DNA of 63,456 nucleotides, filler included, from Octopus bimaculoides (taxonomy: Eukaryota), in assembly GCF_001194135.2 (NCBI RefSeq). It is 7 parts of 7 records of this genome, joined end to end, with 100 filler letters (N's around TTAATTAATTAA, not from the genome) between each part and the next. Parts side by side here need not be neighbours in the genome. Positions count along the whole stretch, not along the records: positions 60,298 to 63,456 come from NC_068990.1; 6 more parts are not named here. The stretch is one strand, 5' to 3'. The first letter of the stretch is position 1; the number at the start of each line of letters is the position of its first letter. This document shows positions 63,396 through 63,456 of this stretch, one piece after another. The translations under genes and the position numbers were made by a program. The notes under the pieces are model-generated. The model was not told where the DNA came from. It did no database searches and saw only the letters and a program-made list of their open reading frames with translations.

Positions 63396-63456
<61 letters not shown>

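Overview
This is AT-rich eukaryotic repeat-dominated DNA with many N gaps and dense microsatellites. The SINE/LINE families and the 100-bp 'N44-TTAATTAATTAA-N44' gap spacers suggest a coleoid cephalopod, probably an Octopus draft assembly (inference). I could not identify any intact host protein-coding gene. Nearly all ORFs in the track are microsatellite or N-gap translations. The recognisable coding sequence is decayed transposon: Tx1/L1, RTE, CR1-group and R4/Dong-like LINEs, a GIY-YIG Penelope-like element (PLE), three mariners, a maT/DD37D-like element and a hAT-type BED-finger fragment. There are also many tRNA-derived SINEs. The most interesting signal is a set of hammerhead-ribozyme (HHR) motifs from three sequence families (8 near-complete copies plus one split relic). 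They lie in Penelope-type terminal repeats that repeatedly form inverted structures. One is an ORF-less inverted-repeat unit flanked by a 12-bp target-site duplication, which has captured a copy of nearby genomic DNA and then nested (TAA)n-tailed insertions. There is also an unexplained 493-bp near-perfect hairpin and several weak orphan exon candidates. All calls were made by eye, and coordinates of degenerate repeats are approximate (about +/-20 bp).
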